A program made the position numbers and the translations under genes. Under the pieces are notes generated by a model. It was not told the DNA's origin, ran no database searches, and saw only the letters and a program-made list of their open reading frames with translations. A DNA stretch of 62,673 bases, filler included, from Rhabdomonas costata (lineage: Eukaryota): NCBI GenBank assembly GCA_019059605.1. It is 41 parts of 41 records of this genome, joined end to end, with 100 filler letters (N's around TTAATTAATTAA, not from the genome) between each part and the next. Parts side by side here need not be neighbours in the genome. Positions count along the whole stretch, not along the records: positions 1 to 1,432 come from JAHMHO010016113.1; positions 1,533 to 2,964 come from JAHMHO010016114.1; positions 3,065 to 4,496 come from JAHMHO010016115.1; positions 4,597 to 6,028 come from JAHMHO010016116.1; positions 6,129 to 7,560 come from JAHMHO010016117.1; positions 7,661 to 9,092 come from JAHMHO010016118.1; positions 9,193 to 10,625 come from JAHMHO010016119.1; positions 10,726 to 12,157 come from JAHMHO010016120.1; 33 more parts are not named here. One strand, written 5' to 3'. Below, piece after piece: positions 1 through 12,257 of the stretch; the stretch's first letter is position 1; every line of letters begins with the position of its first letter.

Positions 1-1904
1 ATAGTTTTAGAATAGCAGATTCTGACAGGCAAACGACCACCGGGGTGCATGTGGGTTCACCCAGACCTCGGCGTTCGTTCGCAAACCACCAGCCGAGCCT
101 CAGACAAAGCGGGCAAGGCTCACCTTTTCCCTTCGGGGTTCCACACTACCCCATTCCTATCCAAAACCGATTCCACCGAAAAGCGACACAGTTCCGTTTC
201 GTTCAGCATCGCTGCGCGGGCCAAGCAAGCTGGGAAATCACAGCCCCTGGGGGTTTCCGCAAGAAGACTTGTCTGCAGTTTTGTGCCTTCAACTTCCAGG
301 AAAATGCGTTGAACAGTGTGGCTGAATCCTCACTCACATCCAACGCAACAGAAATGCAGGACCTTCCACAGTTGGTCACCCTCCTGCCGCGCGTCCCTTG
401 TGCCGTAACGCGACAAGGACGAGAAGCAAAGCCAGGGAACAGCTGAATATCCATTGCACAACTCGTTGCGAAACAAACACATTCATGTAGTGCTGGAGTG
501 GCCAATGAGAAAAAAATAGCCTCTCAGCCTGGGCCGCACAAGGTTCCCAGACACAGTTCTTCACCGGACGACGACACACCTCCAGACCCCCCGCCCCAAC
601 ACATCATCCAACACATCACCTCATCCCCCGAGGAACGGAAACCAAAAACCCGCGCAGGCCTGAAAACCGTGTTCGCGTGGGCCCATTCGAGCAGCACCTG
701 CAACAATTCAATGGCCCCATGCGGTACGGCCGCTCACCCCACAAAAAAAACATGAACGACTAGGAGAAACAAATCCGCACCACACTACCTCTCAAGACAG
801 CACAGTGAATCTCTTGCTGCCCCTGTGTACAGAGGCTTTCTTTTTACTCTCGCCTGCAAAGAACACTGCACGAAAAAAAGGAAGGACAAAGGACGCCACG
901 AAAGAAACCTCACCAACACCAAAAGAACGCGAAGGTCAGACAGCAACTTGCAAGAAAGAAAGCAGGAGCGATCCGTCTCGCACCCCGTGCATTCGCAAGA
1001 GGGAAAAAGAAGGCACTCCTAGGAACCATGCCAGCCGAAGGGGACACCAGACACCTTTTACTGCAACATCTCCGGAAAAGCCTTCTCCTCTTGCACAACC
1101 ACAGCACAGCGACCGGAACTGCTTTTTCTGGTTCTCGAATCTGCTTCTTTCTGACACGCAGATAGAAGGAAGAGATGGCAGGAAAGGAAGGGAAAGGAAA
1201 GAAGAGATGGCATCATCCCTTCATTGCAGGAAATATATACATGCTGCTAATCCTCCACCGCGACAAAACAAGCCATAAGATTGGCCATCTCATACGAAGG
1301 CCATCGATGCAGCAGCAACATGGAAACGCCAGGCGCCTTCACTCCGCCTGCAGTAGGGAGAAGAGACGGAGGAAGGTCACCACCAGCTGCCCAGTTTGCG
1401 TGCGTGCGTGAGTGGCGCGACGGTGCAAATGCNNNNNNNNNNNNNNNNNNNNNNNNNNNNNNNNNNNNNNNNNNNNTTAATTAATTAANNNNNNNNNNNN
1501 NNNNNNNNNNNNNNNNNNNNNNNNNNNNNNNNGTTGGGGGTTACTGAAACACAAGGATCAGTAACCAGGAATTTGCAAAACATTTAAAAACCTTTAGGGT
1601 CAACAGTGACCCATTCTCCCCTTATCCCCTACTTTCTCCCCTTACACCATAAAACGAGGACCCCCCCCTGCTGTGAGATCAGCGTCTTCTGGGCAGAAAA
1701 ATGGATAAGAGCACAAATTCGGCATTTTCGGACCTCGTTCACTTGCGTTCATCTGAAGAGCAACGTTCTTTTTCTCTGAAGAAAACACAGCGCATTAATT
1801 TCAACCACGACCACAGATCCTTTGCTTCTTTCCACTTCAAGTCCAAACACTAAAAGCACGCAATAATAATAAAGACCGCTTCTTTCACATGGCATTTCAC
1901 AGAC

Positions 1905-2940
1905 CAGAGTTAGAAGTCATGAGCATGGTGTTGATCCCAATAAGTTTCCCATTGGTGGTAACTAAAGCGCCTCCAGAGCTCCCGCGGTTGATAGGGGCGT
2001 CGGTTTGGATCAGCGGAGCAGCCAAACTGAGCGTCCTAGCGCCCGCCATGGCCCGGACTCCGGCGAGGGAGCGACCCACGGCAGAGATGATGCCACACGT
2101 GACTGTCGTGGGCAGCCTCATTTGAGAGCCCACTGCAAGCACCACGTCCCCTGTGCAGCACCGCGCCGGGTCACCCATCAGGAGCACAGGGAAGCGCTCT
2201 GCAACGACAGGAGAAAGGACTAAAGGCAACGCTTGAGACATGATTTGTCATCCACCCATCCCATCAACGACTTGGAAGGCAATTGAACAAAGTAAAGAGA
2301 ATAGAGGGGAGCAGGATTCGTTGTGTGGTGAGCGGTTACACGTAAGATTGAGGGAAGGGGTGTGAAGGTGGATTGGAGGAGGTTGGAGTATATGTTGCCA
2401 TGTGGGGAATTCGAGGAGAGCCGTATGTGGGATCGACCTGAAAAAAAGCACTTTACCGGTGAGCACAGCCACTGCGCAAGGTAGAGGATGCTGCGGACCA
2501 GCAAAAGGTACCATTGGAGTGCCACACAACAGCCATGGCAATGGGAAAAGCAATGGGAAAATCAATTGGAAGGAGGGTACGTAACACACCTGTCCCAGAG
2601 TGCACCAAACGCAGCATCGCTAGGTCATTGGCCTCATCCTGCACCAGAATCTGTGAAAAGACGCCACACAAAAAGGGTACTGACAGGGTATGGGCAAGAC
2701 CACGCAAAAAGGCTCATCGCGCGGACATCTCGCGAATTTCTGCTCTCTTTGCCCTCATTCTAAAAGTACCCGCAACCTACCGAACATCTGGGCTCTGTTT
2801 ACCCCAAGTCACAGTGTCCATACAGTCGCTTGTTTTTGCTCGCTTCATGCTTACCCACCTTGCCGCAGCTGACATAGTGACTGGGAGGAAGAGAGAACTT
2901 CAGCTGCACCTGGGCGGGAAAATTCCGGCCGTCCTGCTGG
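1905..2940 (-). CDS. HtrA/DegP-family serine protease, internal exons (about 2940-2910, 2650-2590, 2198-1905)
   Basis: Spliced peptide QDGRNFPAQ|ILVQDEANDLAMLRLVHSGT|ERFPVLLMGD...GDVVLAVGS...TVTCGIISA...IQTDAPINRGSSGGALVTTNGKLIGINT contains the catalytic Asp (DLAML) and Ser (GSSGG) motifs. GT-AG boundaries are phase-compatible. Confidence 0.9.
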
Positions 2941-3064
2941 CGGACGGCCGGAATTTTCCCACCCNNNNNNNNNNNNNNNNNNNNNNNNNNNNNNNNNNNN
3001 NNNNNNNNTTAATTAATTAANNNNNNNNNNNNNNNNNNNNNNNNNNNNNNNNNNNNNNNNNNNN

Positions 3065-3455
3065 GTGTTGTGGTATCGTCAAGGGCAACGTCGGAGATGA
3101 CGACATCATCATGAGGCTTGTGATGAAGGGGAAGCTGATGATGCCTCCCCGCGAGATCTACGCCCGTCGGGTGCTGGCCAGGGACTTCCCTGAGAAAGGG
3201 GCGGTCAGTGTGCTTCTTGCCCCGCACGACCCCGGCACGCCCGTGCCCGCGGGGATGTCCCGGGGAAACGTGCGCATCCTGAACTCTGTGCTGCGGCCCG
3301 CGGACACCCCAGGCCGCACTCTGGACACCACCTTCGCGCAGTTCGACATGGGCATGGTGCCGGGCTTCATCTCCAACATGATGATGGGCCACTTGATGCC
3401 CAGGCTGCCCGCGAAAATCGAGGCCGGGTACCATAAGATCATGAAGCTGAAATAG
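3065..3455 (+). CDS. START/Bet v1-like lipid-binding domain protein, C-terminal part
   Basis: PPREIYARR...VSVLL...PVPAGMSRG...DMGMVPGFISNMMM resembles the START C-terminal pattern (PR-D/E, P..G.VRG, D..G.VP..+.N). Ends at TAG. Confidence 0.65.
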
Positions 3456-4095
3456 AGAGTGGTTGCCTGGCTGCTTCTCGCACCCCCCTTCTGCGCGCAA
3501 CCGCAAGAAACACGCGCACGAACGGGATGAACGACGATGTTCTTTCTCTATGGGCTTGAGCTGCTTGAGCCGCATTTGAGAATCTCCTGCACCTGGTTCT
3601 GCTTTCCATGTGGCATCCTGCGCGTCCGTCTCTCCCGTTTTTTTTACAATAGTCTGGACACTTTTTTCACCAACTCACTCCCCATCACTTGGGACTCCTC
3701 CTCGACGCGAGCAATGCTTGAAACTGTGAGCCGGTTGTACACTGTGAAATTTTCTTGGGTCTTTGTGTTTGGATCACCCTGAATGGTGTCAAAAAGCTCG
3801 CGTGGGGATTCGTAAGTTTATCTGGCACGGCTGATAGCTTTTTGAACTGTTTTATGTTAAAGCAATCCTTCGTAAACCTCTCGGAATTATGCCGTTTGAG
3901 CCATCCACTAGAATTCGACTGCTTTCAAATGGGAGTTCGGTGGGGAGGTGGGCCGCTCACCAAAGTTTTTGCCGTGAGATTCTGTTCCCGATGACGATGT
4001 GCTTTTTTCGCTCAGCCGATTCGCATCTTGTTTGAAAAGTTGTGTGGTGTGAATCTTTTTCCCGGGGTGTCTCGGTTCTCTCTTTGTTTTCAAGA

Positions 4096-4422
4096 ATGTG
4101 GGTGTCCTCCCGGCAGAGGCTCTCGGCCTCCTCCTTGGCGGCCAAACTGTTTGGCTTCGGGCGCTCGTCTCCCAAACCCGCGGCCCCGGAGGTTTCCCCA
4201 GCCACGCTGCCCTCCCCCGAACCCCCGGCGAAGCCTGTGCCTGGGGTGGTGGGCTGGCCTGCGCCGGGCTCCCCGATGACCATCGTTGTGGGGATCTCAG
4301 GGACTGTCACAGGGGACATTGCCATCCGGGCGGCCTTCGAGAGCAGCCTGCCGGGCGACCGAATCGTTGGGGTCTTCGTTCCCCCCAGCCTGCCAGCGCA
4401 GTTCCCCGGCCTGGAAGAGGAG
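4096..4422 (+). CDS. Universal stress protein (USP)-like domain protein with Ser/Arg-rich N-terminal extension, first exon
   Basis: ATG follows a pyrimidine tract and AG. TIVVGISGTVTGDIAIRAAFESSLPGDRIVGVFV resembles the USP beta1-alpha1-beta2 start. Probable donor GAG|GTT near 4422. Confidence 0.6.
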
Positions 4423-5054
4423 GTTCCCTCCCATCTCTCCCGCCCACAAACGCTTTGTCAAGTTTTCTCCCAGTCCGCTGCCGTGCTCGTCGCTGTNNNN
4501 NNNNNNNNNNNNNNNNNNNNNNNNNNNNNNNNNNNNNNNNTTAATTAATTAANNNNNNNNNNNNNNNNNNNNNNNNNNNNNNNNNNNNNNNNNNNNTTTT
4601 GGCCAAACTGCAACTTGTGGTGTTCGAAGGCCCGGGGGCTTCTGTACGCTGTGTGGCCGGTCCTTGGGGCCAGAATCACTGTACGTATTGCAGTCTTTGC
4701 TTCTAAAGAAAAGAAGGCTAAACTCAAAATAAAAAGCCTCCTTAAAAAGGGCAAATAATTCCGCATGTCTCCCTTTTAACCTCAGGGGATAATGTGAGGG
4801 ACAAAAAGTGCGCACATGCCTTAGACCTATCCGTAGACCAATCCCAGTATGACTTTCAGGGGATATCACAGGTGGTATTGTAGTGCAAAGCTTGCCTAAT
4901 TTCGCAAAATTCTTGTCTGTTTTTTTTGGAGCATTTTTTTTATGGTTTTAGTTATGGCTTCACAAGGGAGCAAGGGAAGTTGGTGGAGCAAGAAGGAAGG
5001 ACGGGGAGGACTGTGCCTCAGGGGAAATGATACTTGGGGGGAGGGGTGCCCGTA

Positions 5055-5177
5055 TAATGGGGTATTATAGCCATTATACTATAATGATATTATAGCGTAT
5101 AATGCCATTATACGCCTCGTATAATGATATTATAGTATAATTTCATTATCGTATAATGGCTATAATACCCCATTATA
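5055..5177. repeat. Internal palindrome with perfect 27-bp arms built from TATAATG/CATTATA units; related partial copy at about 5362-5415
   Basis: TATAATGGGGTATTATAGCCATTATAC (about 5055) is the reverse complement of GTATAATGGCTATAATACCCCATTATA (5151-5177). Confidence 0.85.
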
Positions 5178-6181
5178 GGCATTATACACATTATACATTC
5201 GGAGGTAGGAGGCGATGCACGTGCCCCGTGGGATTCCAATAGAAGCTTTTGCATAGAGTTAGGAGGCGTGTACATGTTTTCTGGGGCTTTTCCATGATCC
5301 GCGGCCCCAGATCCTAGGTATTGACCGGAGAAAAAATTTACGTACATTTTTTCGTTCCCCTGTATAATGCCTATAAGGGGGGTATTTTCGCCATTATACT
5401 ATAATATCAGTATACTTTTCGAGTTTGGCGGGTTTAGGAGATTATTCGAGAAACATGGAGGGGGTGTCCACGCCAACGGCGTTTTTTTCCTCTCGCGTTA
5501 GCCTGAGTGCTTCAATGCCTCACAGCCTAAGCCCCACTTCTTTGGCCTACGAGACGACAATGCTGACAGGGAGCTACTGGATTAGCCTGGAGTTCCCCAC
5601 AACCCCGTTCTTCTATCTCGCCATGACGGTGTGTGCACCTCACCGAAGATTTCTCCTTTGTCCTGTGACCTAACCAGCAGAGTTGCAAGTGGGTCTTCCT
5701 TGACCTTCAAGCCACGATGGTGAAAAGAGGACAGGCATGGCTTGACCGAAATGCTCCTGCCCCGTTAGGGATACATGTGGATCAACGGGCATTCGAGCGT
5801 TCGACAAGCACTTTGTGGAATCCCATTCCCCTTTCGTCGTCTCAGTTGCTGACAGATGTTTGATTTCTTTGTGCCCGCTCCTGTGTTACCTTTTGTCTTT
5901 TATTTGTATTGTTTGGCTGCGCGACAGACGGACTCAGTTTTGGGCAGCTACGGGGACTGGTGGCTGGACAAATTTGGGACAGTGGTCTCCCCTGGAAATT
6001 CCTGGTTCACTTCCCTCCCCAACCCCACNNNNNNNNNNNNNNNNNNNNNNNNNNNNNNNNNNNNNNNNNNNNTTAATTAATTAANNNNNNNNNNNNNNNN
6101 NNNNNNNNNNNNNNNNNNNNNNNNNNNNGTGTTGGGCCGTACCAGACCGCCCTCACACCGCAATTCTCTTTCTACTCACAG

Positions 6182-7467
6182 GTGGATCCGCTGTACACCA
6201 CGCCCACGGAGATCACGCGGCCGGAGTCCTTCTGGTGGGACAACGATCTGGTACGGCCCAGCACGCTCACACGGCTCGAGCGCACGTTGGGGGCGGCTTC
6301 TCCTGTTGCTGTCCTTATTCTCACTTTTAAATCATGAGTTTTAGAAGAAGCGCACTTTACAGGAGTCGGTTTTACCTTTGGGGTGACATTTCCAGGTTTG
6401 GTGACTTGGGAATGGCATGGTTTACAGAGCAACAACTCATATCCACCCAGCAGCGCACTGCAAAAGATGAGACAACGACATTTCTTTTGCTGGCGACCGC
6501 AACTTGTAGAGGTTTTAGGTTTTAGCCCTATTCAGAAATCAGAACGACATTTGGAGCCTCAAAAAGCCTGTGATGAAACCTGAATTCGCCGAAAACGGGG
6601 CAAAAAAATCGGCGCTGACATGCAATAATAATGCGTTGAGGTTAGGAAGTAGAAATGTGAACAGCACTGGTTTTCCATATCCACCTTTCCACTTTTCCAG
6701 TGGTTCGACCCCAACTCGGGGGTTCCCCAAACGACCCTCTTCTACCAAGTCCCCTCCACAGACCTGAAGTCCGCCCACCAGCTGAATATCTTCACCAACG
6801 TCTACACCGTCAGCAGCTTCCTCCGCGGCATTCTGGACGGCTCCAAGCAGCGGCTGTTTGTGTTTTTCCGCACCTCTGCAGGGACCCTTATTGGGGCCTC
6901 TCACGGGAAGTTCTTCTCCCACAGGCAGTCACCATCCCCTCTCCCCTTCCCTGCTTTCCCCTGCGAGCAAAGTTCCTTGTCAGCGTAAGTCTACGAATAA
7001 TCACGGAATTGGTGTTGTGTCCATGAATATTTCTTTCACGTCATGGCTGCGGGTGGTGATTGACATGCCACGTCCTAGTTCACGAAGAGCAGGTCCCTAG
7101 GTCCTTGAACCGATGGTCGTGGATTCGGTCTCCTGGGCTCACAACACGCGACCCCAGTCCAATCGTCCTTGTAAGACCTCTCTTCTCTTCTCTTCTCTTC
7201 TCTTCTTCTTTTCCCCTCTGTCGTCTTGTTATGTCGTCTTTCAGTGACATCGACTTCACCACGGTCAATCCCATCACAAACCACCCGCCTGTGTCGGAGT
7301 TCCGGCGGTACACCCCAGTGAACTCCACTGACGCTACTATTCAGGCAACTGGACTGTGGCTACACGCTGAGTACCGCTCGTGGGAGGCGATTCCCGATCC
7401 CTTGGACACCGTGCAGCCTCTGAACGGGGAAATGTACTGGATGAATGCCGCCGCGATCATCACTGAG
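6182..7467 (+). CDS. Extracellular/sensor region of a euglenid-type receptor adenylate/guanylate cyclase (exons 6182-6250, 6701-6924, 7245-7467)
   Basis: Exons join in frame: ...FWWDNDL|WFDPNSGVPQTTLFYQ...RLFVFFRTSAGTLIGASHGKFFSHS|DIDFTTVNPITNHPPVSEFRRYTPVNSTDATIQA. This resembles, from recall, the expanded Euglena receptor-cyclase family. The catalytic domain is not in the contig. Confidence 0.65.
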
Positions 7468-9384
7468 GTCCGCTGCAGACTCACCCAAACAGCACCGACT
7501 ATGTCTTCCCTAACCACCGCCACCACCACTGCCAACCACCCTTCCCAAGACTAAAGACTGNNNNNNNNNNNNNNNNNNNNNNNNNNNNNNNNNNNNNNNN
7601 NNNNTTAATTAATTAANNNNNNNNNNNNNNNNNNNNNNNNNNNNNNNNNNNNNNNNNNNNGTTGGTGCTCTGCCAGATACTCTCTTACCACAGGATCTGG
7701 CAGAGCACCTCAACCCAGCCTTACCTTTGTGAGTTTTCGGCTTCATGTCAGCCCCAGAAGCAGACATTCACTGCATCCAAGTGTAATCTTGAACGTTTCT
7801 TCGTTTCTTATCATTTCCAACTATATCCAGAAGGTCATAAAGCGAAAGCATATCAAATAAACACCTAAAATGGAATCGTGGTACACAACGGAGTTAACGC
7901 CGAATATACTGCATCCATGGTGTTCAGCGGTGGACTCATTTCAAATCATACGACTCATCCCAGAAACAGTAGTGACGGAGCAATGGGAAGTTGCTCCGGT
8001 GAACCAATTGGTTTTCTCACCAAGAACTTTCAGATGTAGCTCCTACCAATGGCCCACATTAGCAGTTGATGGTGGACCGAGAATTCCCGGCGTTTTAAAG
8101 GTTGTTTGATACCACTCCACACGGTGCGAAAACAAATAAACAGTGCCATCACAGATTTTTTGCACTGGAGGTGGAAGAGTTTGTTACTACCAAGCAATAT
8201 TAGCGGGCTGTTTCTAGAGCGAAAATACAATACAAAACTACGGGTTTGCCTCGGAATGAGGTAGATAATGATCACCGACCAATTGAACACCCAACACACC
8301 AAGGATCACGCCGGAGGCTTCCACAGAATACGCATCACCCACACACCATGCACCGAGGATCACACCGAAGTCATCTTGGAATCACGAACCCAGCACCACA
8401 AGAAGCGTAGACAAACCGGCACCACACCACAAGGAACCCCCACACCCAACCCCAAAGCTCTCACTCAGCGGAAACAGAGACAGGATCGCGCCGAAAGCGG
8501 AAGTCAACCAAGGGAACCCACTACACAAATTCTCGCTCGAAGTCAAACCCAACAGCCCAGATTCAGAAATCAACACCATCGTAGTAGTTAGTAACGTAGC
8601 GAAGGAAAACAACAAACAACGGAAACAGGAACACGAACCAGGAGACAGAACCCGAAGACAAACGCCGCAGAACCCAACGCAACAAGAAGGCCAACTCTGA
8701 TACCGCCCATGAAACAAGAATGCACAGATGGATAAGGAGACCCGACAGTCCACGACAGCGACACGGCACTGTTTCGGCCTTCCAGCCTCATCGGGTGAAC
8801 AAGCAACCCCGAATGCAAAGACCAGACCCAAGAACGCGAAGACCTAACCCCGAGACAAAGACGCGAAACGGAGGCCGCCGAGGCCGACACACACGAATAC
8901 CACACTTGAAGACCTGAAGGCACGAACTCAGAACCCAAACACCCCAAAGACCCAAAGACCGAAGACCTCAACTCAGAATTCCGACCCCAACCCCAAAACA
9001 CGAAACCATAAACCCCACCTTCTCAACTATAAAATGGGAAAACCACCCATGACGCAACCCCCAAAACTACCACCCAAACACCTTACTATGTANNNNNNNN
9101 NNNNNNNNNNNNNNNNNNNNNNNNNNNNNNNNNNNNTTAATTAATTAANNNNNNNNNNNNNNNNNNNNNNNNNNNNNNNNNNNNNNNNNNNNGTGTTGGG
9201 TGTGGTTGGTGTGGTTGTTGCGTATCTTTGCGCAAGCGGCGATGAGCTCGTTTTGACGGTTCAGTCTCATCTACTTGGTGCGCCGAGCGCAGTCCCTACT
9301 TTTCAGACGCTCTTGAGGCTGGGCCATTTGTCGCACATTGGGTCATTCGCCACGAATAGAGGGATCACGGAGAGGAAAGGATAC

Positions 9385-10247
9385 CTCGGTAACAAGTGAC
9401 ATCATGTCCAGATCGTAGTTGTACTGCATCGCAGTAACTTGCATGATCGCAGTCAGGAAGGCATTGGGGTTGAAGAACAGGTTGATGAAGACCACCTAAA
9501 GTGGAGAAAAGTGGAGGGTTAAGCCGGGGTAAGCAGAATATTAAGGAAGTGCACTGGTATATTGGCCAAACAACGTCACGGAACACGGCGCAACAAGATC
9601 GACGCGAGCCTGAGAGATGGCCGGGGGGCGGGGCAGCTTACCTTAGGCTGTTGCAGCTCCGTGGCGAAGTCCATCAGCTGACGGTTCCTCTCCTGCAGGT
9701 TCTGGTACCACGATCCCAGCGGGCGAATGGAAAGGTACGCCACGTCAGCAAAGTAATTGGGCACCTTTGAAAGGCCAAGCACGCAAACTACACATGCACA
9801 TAAATTCGACCAACATATCCCTCGAGTCAGGCCGAACGATAAATAGATGGCATTCTCCAGTTCAGCAAACAGTAGGGCCCACCCTTTGACTAGGCAGGCA
9901 GGAGCGGCGGGCTGCGGTCACACGTCCCAACCCCATCTCCTTTGCATGTACAGAAACCCCCGTAGTCTTGAACCGCACCTCGGTTCAGTAGTGCTGTGAA
10001 CGTTTGCGTATAGGTGGAGTACGGGCTAGGGCTAGAGCAGGAGGGTGGTGGGGTGCACCTTGTCGAAGTACATGTCGTCGAAGAGAGACTGCATCGCGGT
10101 GGACATCGACAGCGCACCCTTCAGGCCCAGGTCCAGATCCATCAGGGCCTTTCTCATGCGGTTGACCAGGATGTTCATTCGTTCACACTCTTGGTAGAAC
10201 ACGTGCTGTCCTGGGGTGCGGTCCTCCTCGAGTCTCTCGGCCATTTC
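9385..10247 (-). CDS. Dynein heavy chain, probably axonemal, C-terminal domain exons (10247-10059, 9764-9642, 9495-9385)
   Basis: VFYQECERMNIL...LDLGLKGALSMS...|VPNYFADVAYLSIRPLGSWYQNL...|FFNPNAFLTAIMQ are classic DHC C-terminal motifs. All three exons are phase 0 with GT-AG introns. Confidence 0.95.
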
Positions 10248-12257
10248 CTAAGAAGGGAAGGACGGAAACGAAAATGAGGAGACGGCAAATCGCCAAAAAC
10301 ACTTCCACACTTCCTGGGCAACTCGTAAGCGCAGCGCATGCACTTGTGCACATCACGCAGCCGTGAATGACGGTAACATAACATGAAAAACATGAACAAA
10401 TCCGCACACACGAAGCCCGCATATGAAAGCCGAGTTGAGTTGGGTCACACAAAAACGTCCAGAATCAAGGATCCTCCATACGGAAGAGCGGAATGCGCGT
10501 GCCGACGCTTTCTGTCCCCCTTCCAGACAGCATATATGAACAAGATCTAGAACAAGAAATAACAAAAAACAAAAACAAGAACGAGAATGAGTACACGAAC
10601 TATGGAGTTGCCGCCACCACACCCANNNNNNNNNNNNNNNNNNNNNNNNNNNNNNNNNNNNNNNNNNNNTTAATTAATTAANNNNNNNNNNNNNNNNNNN
10701 NNNNNNNNNNNNNNNNNNNNNNNNNGTTGTTTGTGGTCGAAGGGTAGATCTGATTATTGTGAAAAACAACATAACCCCGCCCCCCCAAAAAAACAAAGAG
10801 AGAATTCACAATAACTGGCATCCACATTAACGAAAAAAGGACATCTGAAATGGGAATTGAGGGTGCAACAGCGCCACCAGAAGATGCGCAGGTTTTCGGT
10901 GCGTAAACTAGCAGAAAAAAGGCCTATCGTTTGCCTGCGTAACGGTAAAATGGCATTTGATATCGCTAGGCAATGTGCACTCACCGAAAGATTCAACAGG
11001 GTCTAAGGAAACCAAGTTCCAATGCGTCACGAACAGTCTCTCTGAGGGAAGGTATTGCCATCCTATGCAACAGCGGAGCAAACCTTCGGTTGAGCCTCAT
11101 CATCCCTCATAAACATAACTATTCGCACCAAACTTGCTGGACACATTTGCGGTGAGCCTACAGAGAGGTCTAAGTCGAAGTAGGCCTCTTTTGTATATAC
11201 AGGCATCCCGAAACCCTGCCGCTGGCCGGTCCTTGGGGTCAGAATTTTCTGACCTTTCACCCTTGGCGGCTCTTTCATATCCCTTTTGTGCCGCTGGAAG
11301 CACATTTGGCACTTTCTGGAGCATGGCGTTGTCCACTTGATGTCAAATTTGGAACCACACCAGATTTCACGACCCTGATGTGCAGAATATTCCCCCAAGC
11401 GAGCAAATCGGAATATTCAGGAGCGTGAGAGAGAAGCGTGAGCGTGAGACCCCTGCCACGTGTTTGCCCCCAGCACAGCCGCAAATATTTGCCCTTGGCT
11501 GGCTTGTGCAGGTGCACCACAGTTCGCATACCTTTTCAATCAGAGTGTCGTAGGCTACCACGGCCTCAGGGACGCTGCACCGCAGAAGGTCCCCAAAATT
11601 TGTGATCCGCACCGTCATCACTACAATCTGCGCAGGAGTCATCACGATAGGCCACACCTTCCACGAACCAGGAAAGGAGTGAAACGGGGGAAACAAAGTG
11701 TGAAAGAACGAACTATGATCCACTGCTACCAAAAAAACCTGTATTATGCTCCAGCCTAAACCCAGAAATTTTGTTACTGGGACAGAACTCAGGTCTAAAC
11801 CTTGCGTCTGTACCGTGTTCCCCATGGTATGCTGTATTGGGGCAATGGCAGCTTCTAAGCCAAAAACAATCTGTGCAACCCCTTCTTTTTGCGATACATC
11901 TTTGTTTCGCAATACTACACTGCTAACTGGCGGTTATGAACCTCCACTCAGAGACATCCACCCGAGACCAGCGGAACACATATAAATATACAGGGCAAAA
12001 CGACCACTCTCTCAGTTTCCGGATGCAGCTAACCTGATCTTACATAGATCGCAAACCCCAGCAAAAACCACACAACGTTAAACAGCGATACAATTTCGCA
12101 AGGAAGACTGCTTGCTAACCATAAAAGAGCAACAAAAACCCCAAACACACCCAGCACNNNNNNNNNNNNNNNNNNNNNNNNNNNNNNNNNNNNNNNNNNN
12201 NTTAATTAATTAANNNNNNNNNNNNNNNNNNNNNNNNNNNNNNNNNNNNNNNNNNNN

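Noticed and set aside
1477-1488. Regularly spaced TTAATTAATTAA as a CRISPR-like or biological repeat
   Set aside because: It is an artificial six-frame-stop linker embedded in N runs.
6701-6720. GGTTCGA T-loop-like sequence suggesting a tRNA
   Set aside because: It lies in a coding exon (WFDPNSG) and no cloverleaf forms. I recognised no tRNA, rRNA or spliced-leader gene anywhere in the window.
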